This document shows, piece by piece, positions 41,301 through 52,196 of a stretch of DNA of 64,000 nt (positions are counted from its first letter, which is position 1; each line of letters starts with the position of its first letter). Below the pieces are notes generated by a model that searched no databases, was not told the origin of the DNA, and was given only the letters and a program-made list of their open reading frames with translations. Origin of the DNA: Haliotis rubra (taxonomy: Eukaryota); the NCBI RefSeq assembly GCF_003918875.1, contig NW_025767126.1, forward strand, positions 186,001 to 250,000, in the 5' to 3' direction. The position numbers and the translations under genes are program-made.

Positions 41301-44300
41301 TAAGTGAGTGAGTTAGTTTTACGCCGCACTCAGCAATATCCCAGCTATATAGCAGCGGTCTGTAAATAATCGAGTCTGCACCAGATATTCCAGTGGTCAG
41401 CAGTATGAACATCGATTTACGCAATTGGGATACGATGACATGTGGCAACCAAGTCAGCGAGCCTGACCACCCGATCCCGTTAGTCGGCTCTTACAAGCAT
41501 GGGCAACTGAAGATCAATTGTAACCCAGATCTTCACGGGTACGTGTTTGCTTTGTACACCCGCACCCAGGACTTGCACACAGTGACAGACATGAAGCTTC
41601 TAGTGTTAATGCAGCTTCCACGAAACAGACTTCCTTATCAGGCATATCAAATGATGAAAACTCTGGATGATAATGGTAAAAAAACATGGGCTTCTCATAC
41701 TAGGTTGATATTATTTCAATATGGATTTGGTTTCTTATTGATATCTCAAGACATAGGCTGTACATTAGACAAATGCTTAGTCTCTGAATATATATAAGTT
41801 TGATAGTAACAAACAAGCCCATTTAAATTGAAAAGGAGCCCCGGGTAGACCAGAGATTCAGAACCTGAGGAATCTAGACTTGCTTTATTTAGCGCTTTAG
41901 CACTGCAGAGAGGGCTTAGCAGTAGGGAAAAAAATGTGGTTCAGGGACTGTGAGACTGACTAGCTGTACATCCACATTCATGGAAATGTTTAAACAGAGA
42001 TTTTATGACTGCTTCACTCAATACCATATTTAACCAGTGAATTGCTACCAAATCAACGTAAAATCATTACTCAGTTTCGGTGCTGTAACTTCAGACTCGC
42101 AGTGGAATGTGGCCGTCATACAAACACCCCGTATAATGAACGTCTCTGTCTCTTGTCATGCTGCGGGCCTTGATTACATTGAAGATGAACTCCATATTTT
42201 ATTAATATGTCCAAAATATTGCAAACAAAGATCTGATTGTTTTTCAATACATCTGACTCAACCACCGGCAATTGAAACCTTCATCCGATTGATGTCATCG
42301 GACAATATACATATTTTAAAGTCATTGAGTAAATTTCTTTCACAAGTTCGCCGTAGAATGAACGAATAAATGTAAAATGTATCAATACTGCTCTACTCGG
42401 TATGTATTTACTTTTGCCAAATGTATGTATTATGGGCCGTGGGCCAACATTACCCAATAAACCTGTCTGTCTGTCTGTCTGTCTGTCTATTGTTAAATAC
42501 TGATAATGTTGTCGTGGTCGTCGGGGAGCATGAACTACTATTTTTAAATGCTGATAACGTTGTCGTGGTCGTCGTAGTGCAACAGTCACTGTATGAGATT
42601 GACATATGACCTCTGGCCCCAGGGTTATATTTCATTGGCGTACAACTTACACGAACTTACTTGGTCAAGAATTTATATTAATTTTTAATTTTTCTTTCCG
42701 TACAGGGGGCGGTGGGGTAGCCTAGTTGTTAAAGCGTTTGCTTGTCACGCCGAAGACCCGGGTTCCATTCCCCACATGGGTACAATGTGTGAAGCCCATT
42801 TCTGGTGTCCCCCGCAGTGATATTGCTGGAATATTGCTAAAAGCGGCGTAAAACCAAACTCAATCATTCACTTTCAGTGCAGAATTATAAACGTAAAACA
42901 GATGTACACAATGACTACACAAGTAATAGAATCTGTACTTTGCTAAGAAAGTGTAATCCCAAATATAACATATGTAAGATGTACACAATTTGTGTGAACC
43001 AGTATCGGTCTTTACGTTTATAGATCCATAAACGCAATTAAGACTGAAATCAGTTCCTAGTCAAATCTCAACTTACGTTTTTGTTCTTCAGATTCATAAA
43101 CTGGCAGGCGGACGCTATCAGACAGGTTGACCCCCAGGCGCTCGTCACGGCTGGGTCGTGGGAGGCGAGGTCCAACGTTGATAAATGGGGAGGCTTCAAT
43201 ATGTACAAAGACGAGTGCCTTGTAAAGGCTGGCGGCAAAAAGATGGTACTTTCAGAAATATTACGCTCATATCGCCCTCTGAAGTTGCAAAAATACTTTT
43301 TGATGGATGTGTTTTTATTGACTTACGGCCACGTAGTCTATAACAAAGAATCCTTGACAGATGTTTAGGGAGTGTTCTTGAATGCGTCTCAACACATGTA
43401 TAGTATATGCTTGTAATATTCACACAAAGAGATCTAGTGCGTAGATGCACACTTTAACGGGTTCAAAGCGACCACATTGCTCTAGTGTTCACATGTCATC
43501 ATTCGAGGTTTCCATAATGTTGGCTGGTAAAAGAAACAATGGTATATATTTTGTAACTTTGAAGAAAATGTAAAAATGTTTTTGGTTTTTATATTTTTGT
43601 GCATGTTTACAACTGTGTTATGGTTTCAGGGCACGCTGACGTTTTATTCGAGCCATACCTACGCCTGGCAGGGGAAATATAGTGTGTTTTCCCCCTTCAA
43701 GGTGAGTCCCCTTGACGTTGAAACTGACATTTCATCTTGTCTTATCCACAGACATTATGTACATGACTATACTGCTGGGCCCTGTTCCTCAAAGCGATCG
43801 TAGCGCTAAGATGATCGTAACTCCCATACTTTAACACAGACTTACGACAGTCGTAGCGCTACGATCGCTTTGAGGAACGGGGCCCTGGGCATCAATTAGA
43901 TAATCCTAAGTTGCTCGAACTTTCATTTCATGTGATGCCAAATTGACTGCTTTTAACACGCAAAGTTGGGTGTGAAGTCATTGAAAAACCCACTTGTGAC
44001 GCCATCGGTAAAAGTGGACTTGTTGTCGCAAGTCTGTGTTAAAGTATGGGAGTTGCGATCACCTTAGCGCTACGATTGCTTTGAGGAACGGGGCCCAGGG
44101 TCCACCTGCACAAGGCGATCTTATCGCTACTGCCATACTCTAACATGAACTTAAGATAGTTGTTGCGCTATGGTCGCTTTGTGCAGGTGGGCCCTGGATG
44201 TTGGACATATATTAAGACAAATCCTGAAATATATATTCGGCGGGCATATTGCATTATGGTATCATGACACACACGGGCCTTTTCCACAAAGATATCTTAA

Positions 44301-44684
44301 ATCTACGATTATCGTCAGTCGCCTAGTTTAACCAGGTGTCATCGATAAATGCAATTGGGTCGGCAGTTGTATACACAGATATGAACACCTTGTTGGCAGA
44401 AGGTCAAATTATAATAGCAACGTATCTTTCAGCACGTCTTCGCTGACTACGGACTTAAGAAGCCGTTGGTGGTCGCCGAGTTTAACCAGGTGTCCGGGGC
44501 AGGGATGGACATCGTTGACCAGTTCAAACACCTGTATACCACTGGCTACGCTGGAGGATGGACCTGGCATATACGTGCTGAAGGATCGAACTCAGACTCA
44601 CCAGCCACACAGATGCGAGGACTCCTGTCACTGAAGGGCAAGGACGACCAGACGAAGGGAGGCCAGATTCCACTCACGTTGTGA
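26366..44684 (+). CDS. Secreted C-type lectin domain + linker + GH5_10 endo-beta-1,4-mannanase fusion protein, paralog B (~543 aa)
   Basis: Exons: ATG 26366-26368 (putative), 26731-26782 (MWSIITLCAALLCYVAT), 28503-28637, 29998-30093, 31193-31447, 38683-38868, 40090-40295, 41070-41290 (WDIINEFEG), 43092-43245, 43630-43701, 44433-44684 (KPLVVAEF). Exon lengths equal those of paralog A except a linker exon 15 nt shorter; phases consistent. Confidence 0.88.
26759..27580. repeat. 35-bp minisatellite amplified from the signal-peptide exon end and donor of paralog B
   Basis: Unit TTGTTGTGTTATGTGGCAACAG|GTAGGACAATGNT, ~23 copies; the first copy is coding. Confidence 0.93.
27975..28420 (-). mobile_element. 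3' fragment of non-LTR retrotransposon
   Basis: INEGR..RLCPLC..VNEIHFTFVCPFY.DLR zinc-knuckle end. Confidence 0.65.
28844..29198 (+). mobile_element. Longer tRNA-derived SINE (MetaSINE-like)
   Basis: tRNA head plus gtcataccaaaagacgttaaaatatggtacttg..cctgcctggcgctc (Meta-domain-like, from recall), (CCTCA)n tail, TSD tctagttggttgt. Confidence 0.7.
31531..34206 (+). mobile_element. 5'-truncated L1/Tx1-like LINE in the linker-GH5 intron of paralog B
   Basis: KNWRPITLLNSLYKI, QTGFIPGRNISEN, QYADD, LTLIGKITVIKTL, CSFC..E..CHVYWEC; A-rich tail; 22-bp TSD aatagttcttatctaatattta (31509-31530, 34207-34228); degenerate ~35-bp tandem repeat at 33640-34140. Confidence 0.88.
34420..38680. repeat. 40-bp minisatellite array (inverted copy of 14608-18020), paralog B
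   Basis: Unit GTGACCCCATACTGTTAGATAACTCTTCACGTTGTTTTCC, roughly 105 copies, ending at the ttgttttccAG acceptor (38682). Confidence 0.97.
41304..41540 (-). mobile_element. SINE-like repeat with V-domain-like core (family 3)
   Basis: cccatgcttgtaagagccgactaacgggatcgggtggtcagg; shares its 3' tail with family 1. Other copies near 29740-29968, 39191-39379, 39690-39905, 44935-45040, 58670-58840, 62180-62295. Confidence 0.65.
41585..42440 (+). mobile_element. Decayed 3' LINE fragment
   Basis: RLPYQAYQMM..LD..GKKTWAS and IEDELHILLICPKY motifs. Confidence 0.6.
42705..42872 (+). mobile_element. tRNA-derived SINE family 1, near-consensus copy
   Basis: ggggcggtggggtagcctagt..cgccgaagacccgggtt..aatattgctaaaagcggcgtaaaac. 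Confidence 0.85.
43778..43884. mobile_element. Hairpin MITE (Harbinger-like, CTG TSD)
   Basis: TIRs GGCCCTGTTCCTCAAAGCGATCGTAGCGCTA / TAGCGCTACGATCGCTTTGAGGAACGGGGCC; related copies at about 44020-44096, 44098-44195 and 44275-44330. Confidence 0.8.
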
Positions 44685-45332
44685 TCAGCATCGAATCCAA
44701 CTTAATTTGCACGATTATATGCAATAGGTCACAGGCTTTTCAAAAATAGACTTTGGAATATTGTTATGGATAATGTCTTTCTCAATGAGAATTACTAAAT
44801 CATCATACAATATAGATAATGATGATTTGGGTGTTTTTAAAGTTTACTAATTCTGTTTGAACATTATAAATTCTGTCAAACATATTAATAAATATGAATT
44901 TACATCTGTGATTACATTTTTAATCGGTATTGATTGAGCGAGCGAGTTTAGTTTTACGTCGCACTCAGCAATATTCCAGCTATATGGCGGCGGTCTGTAA
45001 ATAATTGAGTCTGGACCAGACAATCCAGTGATCAACAGCCGATATTGATTGAGTGAGTGTGGATTTACACCGCTTTTAGCAACTTTCAAGCAATATCATG
45101 GTAGGGAACACCAGAAATGGGCTCAACACATTGTAGCCATGTGGGAAATCGAACCTGGGGCGACGAGCGAACGCTGTTACCACTACTGTAGGCTACCAAA
45201 CTTCCCCCAACTTTTTCTCTAGCAGGCTGTAAATGAAGGAAGTCGCTTCCACATGAAGAACGCATCATGGATGTGTTACTTTCTATATAAAGTTGACCTC
45301 TGTACGCTGTAATTACTGTTCACAACTTAAGT

Positions 45333-45678
45333 CGAACGCCCCCGTGGTGTAGCGGTTAGAACATCCACCCGGAGAGCGGAAGGTCACGGGTTCGATCCCC
45401 GCCCACGTCATACCAATAGACATTTAAATATGGTGCTTGTTGGTCCCTGCCTGGCGCTCGGCATAAATTGGTACAAGGACTGATCGGCTCGGAGTCAGTA
45501 TAATGTGTCTGAGTGGGGTTTCATGCTTAACTGCGGCATGGTATCTCAGTGAGCTAGCACTATAAAATCAGATTAAGTCTGGGCTGGTACAACTGCCACA
45601 CATACACATGCATGCACGTCGTCATATGAGCGAAATATTCTTAAGTACGATGTTAAACCCCCATTTCACCTCACCTCA
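45333..45678 (+). mobile_element. Longer tRNA-derived SINE (MetaSINE-like), second copy
   Basis: Homologous to 28844-29198; TSD tcacaacttaagt. Confidence 0.7.
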
Positions 45679-46043
45679 CAACTTAAGTTCTTTCTAGGGG
45701 TGGTTTTTTTTTTTTTAGCCTAATGGTTAAAGCGTTGGCTCGTCACGCCGAAGACCCAGGTTCGAATCCCCACATGGGCACAATGTAAAGCCCATTTCTG
45801 GTGTCACCTCACCTCTGGAATATTGCTAAAAGCGGTGTAAAACCAAACTCAGTCAGTCAGTCAGTCTTTCTAAGGGGTTATACATAAGAAGCGATACCAC
45901 TAGTAGGCCCTATGACCTCAACAGCCAGTGTAAGCAGGTAATGTGAGAATACAACAATCCTTGGAAAAGTCATCAAGAAACAAACATTAAAATTGATTTA
46001 AACATGACATTTTATTCACTCAAAACATTTAACAAACATTCAC

Positions 46044-49000
46044 TCAAAATCCTTTCTCTAACAGAAACGCTGCTACTTCATCCTGAAGAAGCCCCTTCAC
46101 CGGATAAATCTCCCAACCTCATGCACCTGAACTGCAACTTTCTTTCCCGACACTTTTTCCAGATGCTGTCGAATGTCAGATTCAAAGGCCTGCAAAGAAA
46201 TACAGATAATGTTGAATGTGGCTCCAAACACAAAACACATAATAATTATATGACAGAAAAGCCCAAAGACCCTGGACAACATTTTCAACTTTGGTTAAGT
46301 TCATGAGCATAATTATGGCGTTGATAAAAGAACATTACTGTGAATAAGGGAGTTAAACTGACCACCGGATCCATGCACATGTAAGGGACACAACTCTGCA
46401 GATATTATGAGTGAGTGAGTTTAGTTTTAAGCCGCTTTTAGCAATATTCCAGCAATATCACGACAAGGGACACCAGAAATGGGTTTCACACATTGTACCC
46501 ATGTGGGGAATCAAACCCGGGTCTTTGGTGTGACGAGCGGACGCTTTAACCATTAGGCTACCCCACCGCCTCTCAATCTGAATAAACGTTCTGCATTGAA
46601 ATATACATATTTAACATGACATGGCAACTTTGCGTTACAGACAGTTATCGCCAATATTAGGTGTCTTTGTGTGGTTTTCCTGATTGAATTCATTGCATCA
46701 TAAATATTTGACACTTCTGTCAGTTACATCACCTGTTTGTATATCAAAAGTGATGATAACTGGAGTGAATCCATGTGGGGAATCTCAATCACCATGGAGT
46801 CCCGCATGTGTTGCTGGGGACCTGTTCTAACCACAATTACCATGGGGCCCCACACAGGTTGCTGGGGACCTATTCTAACCACAATTACCATGGGGCCCCA
46901 CACGGGTTGCCGGGGGTCTATTCTAACCACAATCACCATGGGGCCCGTCATGGGTTGCTGGAAACCTATTCTAACCACAATTACCATGGAGCCCCTCATG
47001 GGTTGCTGGAAACCTATTCTAACCACAATTACCATGGGGCCCCACACGGGTTGCTGGAAACCTATTCTAACCATAATCACAATGGGGACCCACACGGGTT
47101 GCTGTATAACTATTCCAACCACAATCACCATGGGGCCCGTCATGGGTTGCTGGGGGCATATTCTAACCAAAGAGGCCCTAGTGACGTACATACCCAGATA
47201 TCCCCCTCCACCTTCCTGATCATCACCATGTGCCTGTTGCCAGCATGAGTGGTCTGCATGTACAGTGGCAGCATGTGGTTCTTGGTCCGCTTCACAAAAT
47301 ACTTCATGGGTGATTGATTTTCTGGAAAATACAAAATCACCTGTACTTGCACTCAAACATGTTTTATTGGAAAAGATCTCACATGCTACTTGAGAAAGAG
47401 CTTAAGTTGCCAATATTTCAGTAAATTCTATACGGAGTGTTAACTTTATAAGGAAGGGAAGCTCTCAGGTATGCAAAGAAAAGTCATCGTCAAATTCACT
47501 GAAATAAAGAAGCAAGGAGTGAGTGAGTATTTTTATGCTCCTTCTAGCAATATTTCAGTAAAACACCAGAAATGACCTTCACACACTGTACCATAGTGGG
47601 GTCTTGTGTTGAGTGAAAACTTTAACCTTTTGTCTTCACCCCTTGAAGAAAGAAATCACGGTTCATTTTATACATAGAATCTTTTTTTTTCTGAAGATGG
47701 CTTTTGGCTCTGCACTGTAAACAGATGGGGTGAATCTCAGATTCTTGTTAAACCCAATAATAGCAGAGCTCAACAAGACAAAGGGAGGTAAGGCTAAGGG
47801 AGGCAACCCTGCGCAGTTTGTACTGTGAGTGGCACATATTATCACTGGGCTATCAGTGTCTGCAGCATGGACAGACAATGCTAAACTGATGGTATGCAAG
47901 TACCTACCAGCTGGGGGTACCCATCCTGATGGAGTCGGGTAGGATTCATGTACTGGTGGATCAGGGACTGTCTCTCTGGGCAACAGTGTCTCAACAAACT
48001 TGAACTCTTCTGTAGAAACCTCATAGGCTGGGTGGCTCTTTTCTTTCTGGGCCTGGTTATCCTGCAATAAACAAAAAATAGAATTTGTAATTTCAAGAAC
48101 ATCACTGACATAACCAGAAAGATCATGAACAAAGCCAAATACATCATAATCATACAGAGCTACAGATAACTTTTTGGGTCATTGAGTTATGTACTCGCTT
48201 CTGTTCAACTCAATTGGGTATCCTAATTTTTCACCATTTTGAGTAACCTTACTAATCACCAATGATACTTAAATATCAACCCTGCATGCTTCTCTGAAAT
48301 GCTTGTCTATTACTGTTTTTCATCAAGTGTCCTTATGCCATCCTATATCCTCTTAGTAGTTGATCCATATGTCATGATTGTTTTATTATTACACCAAATG
48401 ATACTCAAATACTACCATGTATGCTTCACTGAAAAGCGTGTCTTACTACTTCACCAAATGATACTTAAATATCACCCTGCATGCTTCATTGAGATGTTTG
48501 TCTACTACTGTATTTCGTCAAATGTCATTATACCATCCTGTATGCTCCACTGGAATGAATAAAAATTAAAAAAAAAAAAAAAAAAAAAAAACATAAAAAT
48601 TAAAAAACCAAATAAATTGTACTCACCTCACTCATGCTCGATTGGGTATTTTGCCATTTTCCACTAATTTAAAAAATATAATAAAGTTTAGATGTCAGTG
48701 TTTGTTATTTATATTTGATCTGTAATATGAGAAACTATAAGAAAGACTGCAAGTTGCCAAGTTCATGTCCTGAAATAGAATCTCTCAATATACCACAGTT
48801 ATTTTATTTATCCACCGGTACGCAAGCTAAGATTTGACATTTTTGTGTGTACACATGTTAGATCACGTTTAGTGAGTATTTCCAAAAATTCATGCATACT
48901 TGTACGCAACAGACTTAATAGGAATTGCGTTTTCACATAAATATTTGCGTAATTTACGCAGATACGCAGCTTATCTGTACCTCTGATCATAGCCAAACAT

Positions 49001-52000
49001 CATAAATATAGTGAGAGACATAATCAACAGAATGAACACTGACAAGTGACCAATGTAAGAGATCATCACGATGAGTTGTGGTGCTACATTCTTTCAGTGC
49101 TTGAATCTTTTCCCCTACATTTTGCTTTCCAAGGGATTCAGTTCTCAAAGGATTATCATGATTATAGAACCAGCTTATGAAGTAGTCTAATCGTATCATG
49201 AGATAACTTTTGAAGTGATGGATCAACAAGGCCATCTGTAACGATCTGGGCCAGAATTATCAAAATTGTGTAGATCACTGTCAATCACTGGATTGTCTGG
49301 TCCCAACCCAATCTACAGACTGACGTCATAGAGCTGGAATATTGCATCGTTAAGCAATAAAAGATTTCAAAAAATTAAAATTCAACAAGGCAGCAATACA
49401 TATATTAAACCAAGCATTATAAAACAATATTAGTTTCAAATTTTTTCCTGTTTTACATATTAGACAGGGGCGGTTGGGTAGCCTAGTGGTTAAAGCTTTT
49501 GGCCTAGGCCAGATTCTCCCCGGGGAAAGTTTAGACGTGGGGAAGAAATGGCCTGCTACACCCGGTGCCATTCCCCACATGGGTACAATGTAGTGTTGGG
49601 AATTGGTTTATTTCTCATAATTGATGATTGGTTCATAACAACCGATCAATTATCGAAAATAATTGGTTAGCGTTATTTATCATTTTCTGTTTATGATTGG
49701 ATAAATTCAATCATGACTTGGGAACGAGCTTGTAGTGCTTATGAAATATAACAGACAAAACCATCCTTGTGCAAAATATTGTTAATGCAAACAAGTGTTC
49801 CAAAATTGTTTGTGTTCGATTATGAGAAACCTGATCAATTGCTTGGTCGTTTAGTCATTGCGACGAATCTTCGATTATTTCAATTAATCGGACCACCACT
49901 AGTACAATGTGTGAGCGCATTTCTTGTGTCCCCGGCGTAATATTACTGGAATATTGCTACAAGTGGGCGTAAAACTAAACTCACTCACTCACATATTAAA
50001 CAGGACTCTGTTTTTTGACTACTATGTGATTACCTCCCTTACATACTGAATTTGACCCTTTTCAGGTCTAAATTTGACAAATGTAGTGTAAACCATGGTT
50101 CTAAAAACTATACTTTCTAATTCATCATGTTCATCGTTTTCAATTATCAAAGACTTTTCAGAAAAATATTTTAAATATAAAAAACATAAGTTATTCAGAA
50201 TATTACAAATGCCTAGACAGGTTTATAAGACCAATATAATGCTAAAAACCTGCATATATCATTCTCTTATATGCATTTACAACTGTTTTGCCTCAATCAT
50301 GGCTACCTCCTGTACTTTACCAAATTCATACAATATTTTGAAACCCCACAGAATAAACATGATAGGATATTCAGGTCAAGGGTCACCCTTTAATTAAAAA
50401 GACAAATTGTCTGTTATGGATTTAGGGACTTCATAATGAATACAACTGAAGAACCAACAACAAAAGGAGTAGAATGCATATACCCAAAATAACTTGCAAC
50501 AGACAACTGTGCACAAAATCAGACATGCATGAATTTCCTATATAATTATCCCATAAACACCCATGTCCCAACAGACTTGTTAAGGAACTACTACAAATAT
50601 GCATGGGCAGCACTGAATGATGTCACACTATTTCAGAGTGACATCAGGTAGACTATAACTGTCACAGTTCATCATGGTTCATACAGAAAGAGATTACTGA
50701 TAACTTTAGTAATTGGGCAGGGTGCAGGCTAAAAAGCGGAACCACAGCAAAAGCGGCACCTGGCGAAAACGGCACCATTTGGACATAACGGAACCTCGAC
50801 TTGGCGGCGGCTACAAATCTTATGGCAGCACGGCACAAACTAAAAATCTTATGGGGGAAAACTAGTTTGTTATAAGATAATCGGATTGCAGATAATAAAT
50901 ACATCTACTATTATGTCGAACTATCAAAATTTTAGAACAAGGATGTATTTTTATATTCAAGGATGCGATGTGAAAACTACTTTTATCACGATAGCGGTAG
51001 CATTGAATAACTCATTACAACAGTTCATTTCTAAAAGTAACCGCTTACAGTAATTATCAAATCAAGCGATATATTCAATGTAAGGCAAGTGATTGGAAGT
51101 GGACATCCCATAGCTGACAATCGGATTGCAGAATGTTTGATAGTAATTACATCTACTGTGCCGACAGTGATTGGAAAGGGCATCCCAATTTAGCGTGAAA
51201 ACATAGCAACCTTTGATGTTTTAATGTTTAACATCTGTGACATCAGCCACTGGAGTTGTGACACATGAACATTGAGTAAAATTGGGTGGTTTAAAGTTAA
51301 TATAAAAATATAGTTTCCCTACTTTGTTACTGTAAAGTGCAGAAAAATATTGTGATAAGTTAGTTACCATAATTTTTTTTGGTTTGATTTTGACTTAAGT
51401 TTGTCGGATACAAACATCTGACATAAATATGCACGGATTTTGAGAATGACTCATATGTTGATATAATCTTGCTGATGTTATAATGAAATGAAATCAAACA
51501 TGAGTCAACGTCATACTTTGTTTTATATATGGTGCCGTTTTAGCCCAGAAATCAGTAGCCGTTTTCGCCAATATGGTGCCGTTTTCGCCACAAATTTGGT
51601 GCCGTTCTGCTGTGGTGCCGTTTTAGCTATAACTCCAATTGGGCAGCATGGCCGCCATGGAATATTATCTTGTCACACTACTCCAGAGTGACATCACGTA
51701 GATCTCTTTAACAGTAACATGTATTAATGATAACTTTTGTAACTCAAGATGTTTATAAGCAGTGAATAAGCACGAATGTTTAGATGAGCTGTAAATGTCA
51801 TTACTGGTGTTACGGAGTGTTTAACTTTAACGCCCGTAAAATGAACGTTTGAACTCTTCGGGTAACGTTGATGGTTCCAAAAGCATTTTATTGGATGTAA
51901 TAATCTAACACCAGCAAATCTAAAACACAGATTGTTTAGCTACAACACGTACTACATGTTAGTATGCTACTGATTGAGGTGAAAAATGTCATCATCCCGC

Positions 52001-52196
52001 GTGCGTTTTGAACGAAAATAGGACAACATCACTTAATGACAGTAACAAGAAACTGCGGAGGCGTATTCAAAAGCCAAAATCATACCTGGATACCCGAAGC
52101 ACTGTAATATCGACTACTCGTATTCAATGCAATACTCTTCAATCTACCCATGAGTATTTGAAATCGGCACCAAGTGGGTACAGCAGCCATGGCCAT
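46044..52196 (-). CDS. MRPL49: Mitochondrial ribosomal protein L49 (mL49); apparent 1-nt frameshift in last exon
   Basis: Exons 52196-52086 (MAMAAVPTWCRF.., presequence-like), 48061-47908 (EEFKFVETLLP..YPTPSGWVPP), 47321-47194 (YFVKRTKNHMLPLY..IRKVEGDIW), 46189-46044 (AFESDIRQHL..QVHEV..; adding one G near 46100 gives RVKGLLQDEVAAFLLEKGF*). Motifs typical of mL49. Confidence 0.88.
46770..47170. repeat. 48-bp minisatellite in the last MRPL49 intron
   Basis: Unit like CCTATTCTAACCACAATTACCATGGGGCCCCACACGGGTTGCTGGAAA, ~8 copies; explains the overlapping spurious ORFs. Confidence 0.93.
49591..49901. mobile_element. hAT-type MITE nested in a SINE
   Basis: TAGTG..CACTA termini, 8-bp TSD gtacaatg. 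Confidence 0.75.
50721..51636. mobile_element. Non-autonomous DNA element (MULE-like) in MRPL49 intron 1
   Basis: Flanking direct repeat aattgggcag; subterminal AAAACGGCACC / GGTGCCGTTTT repeats. Confidence 0.65.

Noticed and set aside
46724-47356. His/Gly-rich and other repetitive ORFs on both strands
   Set aside because: Artefact of a 48-bp minisatellite in an MRPL49 intron.
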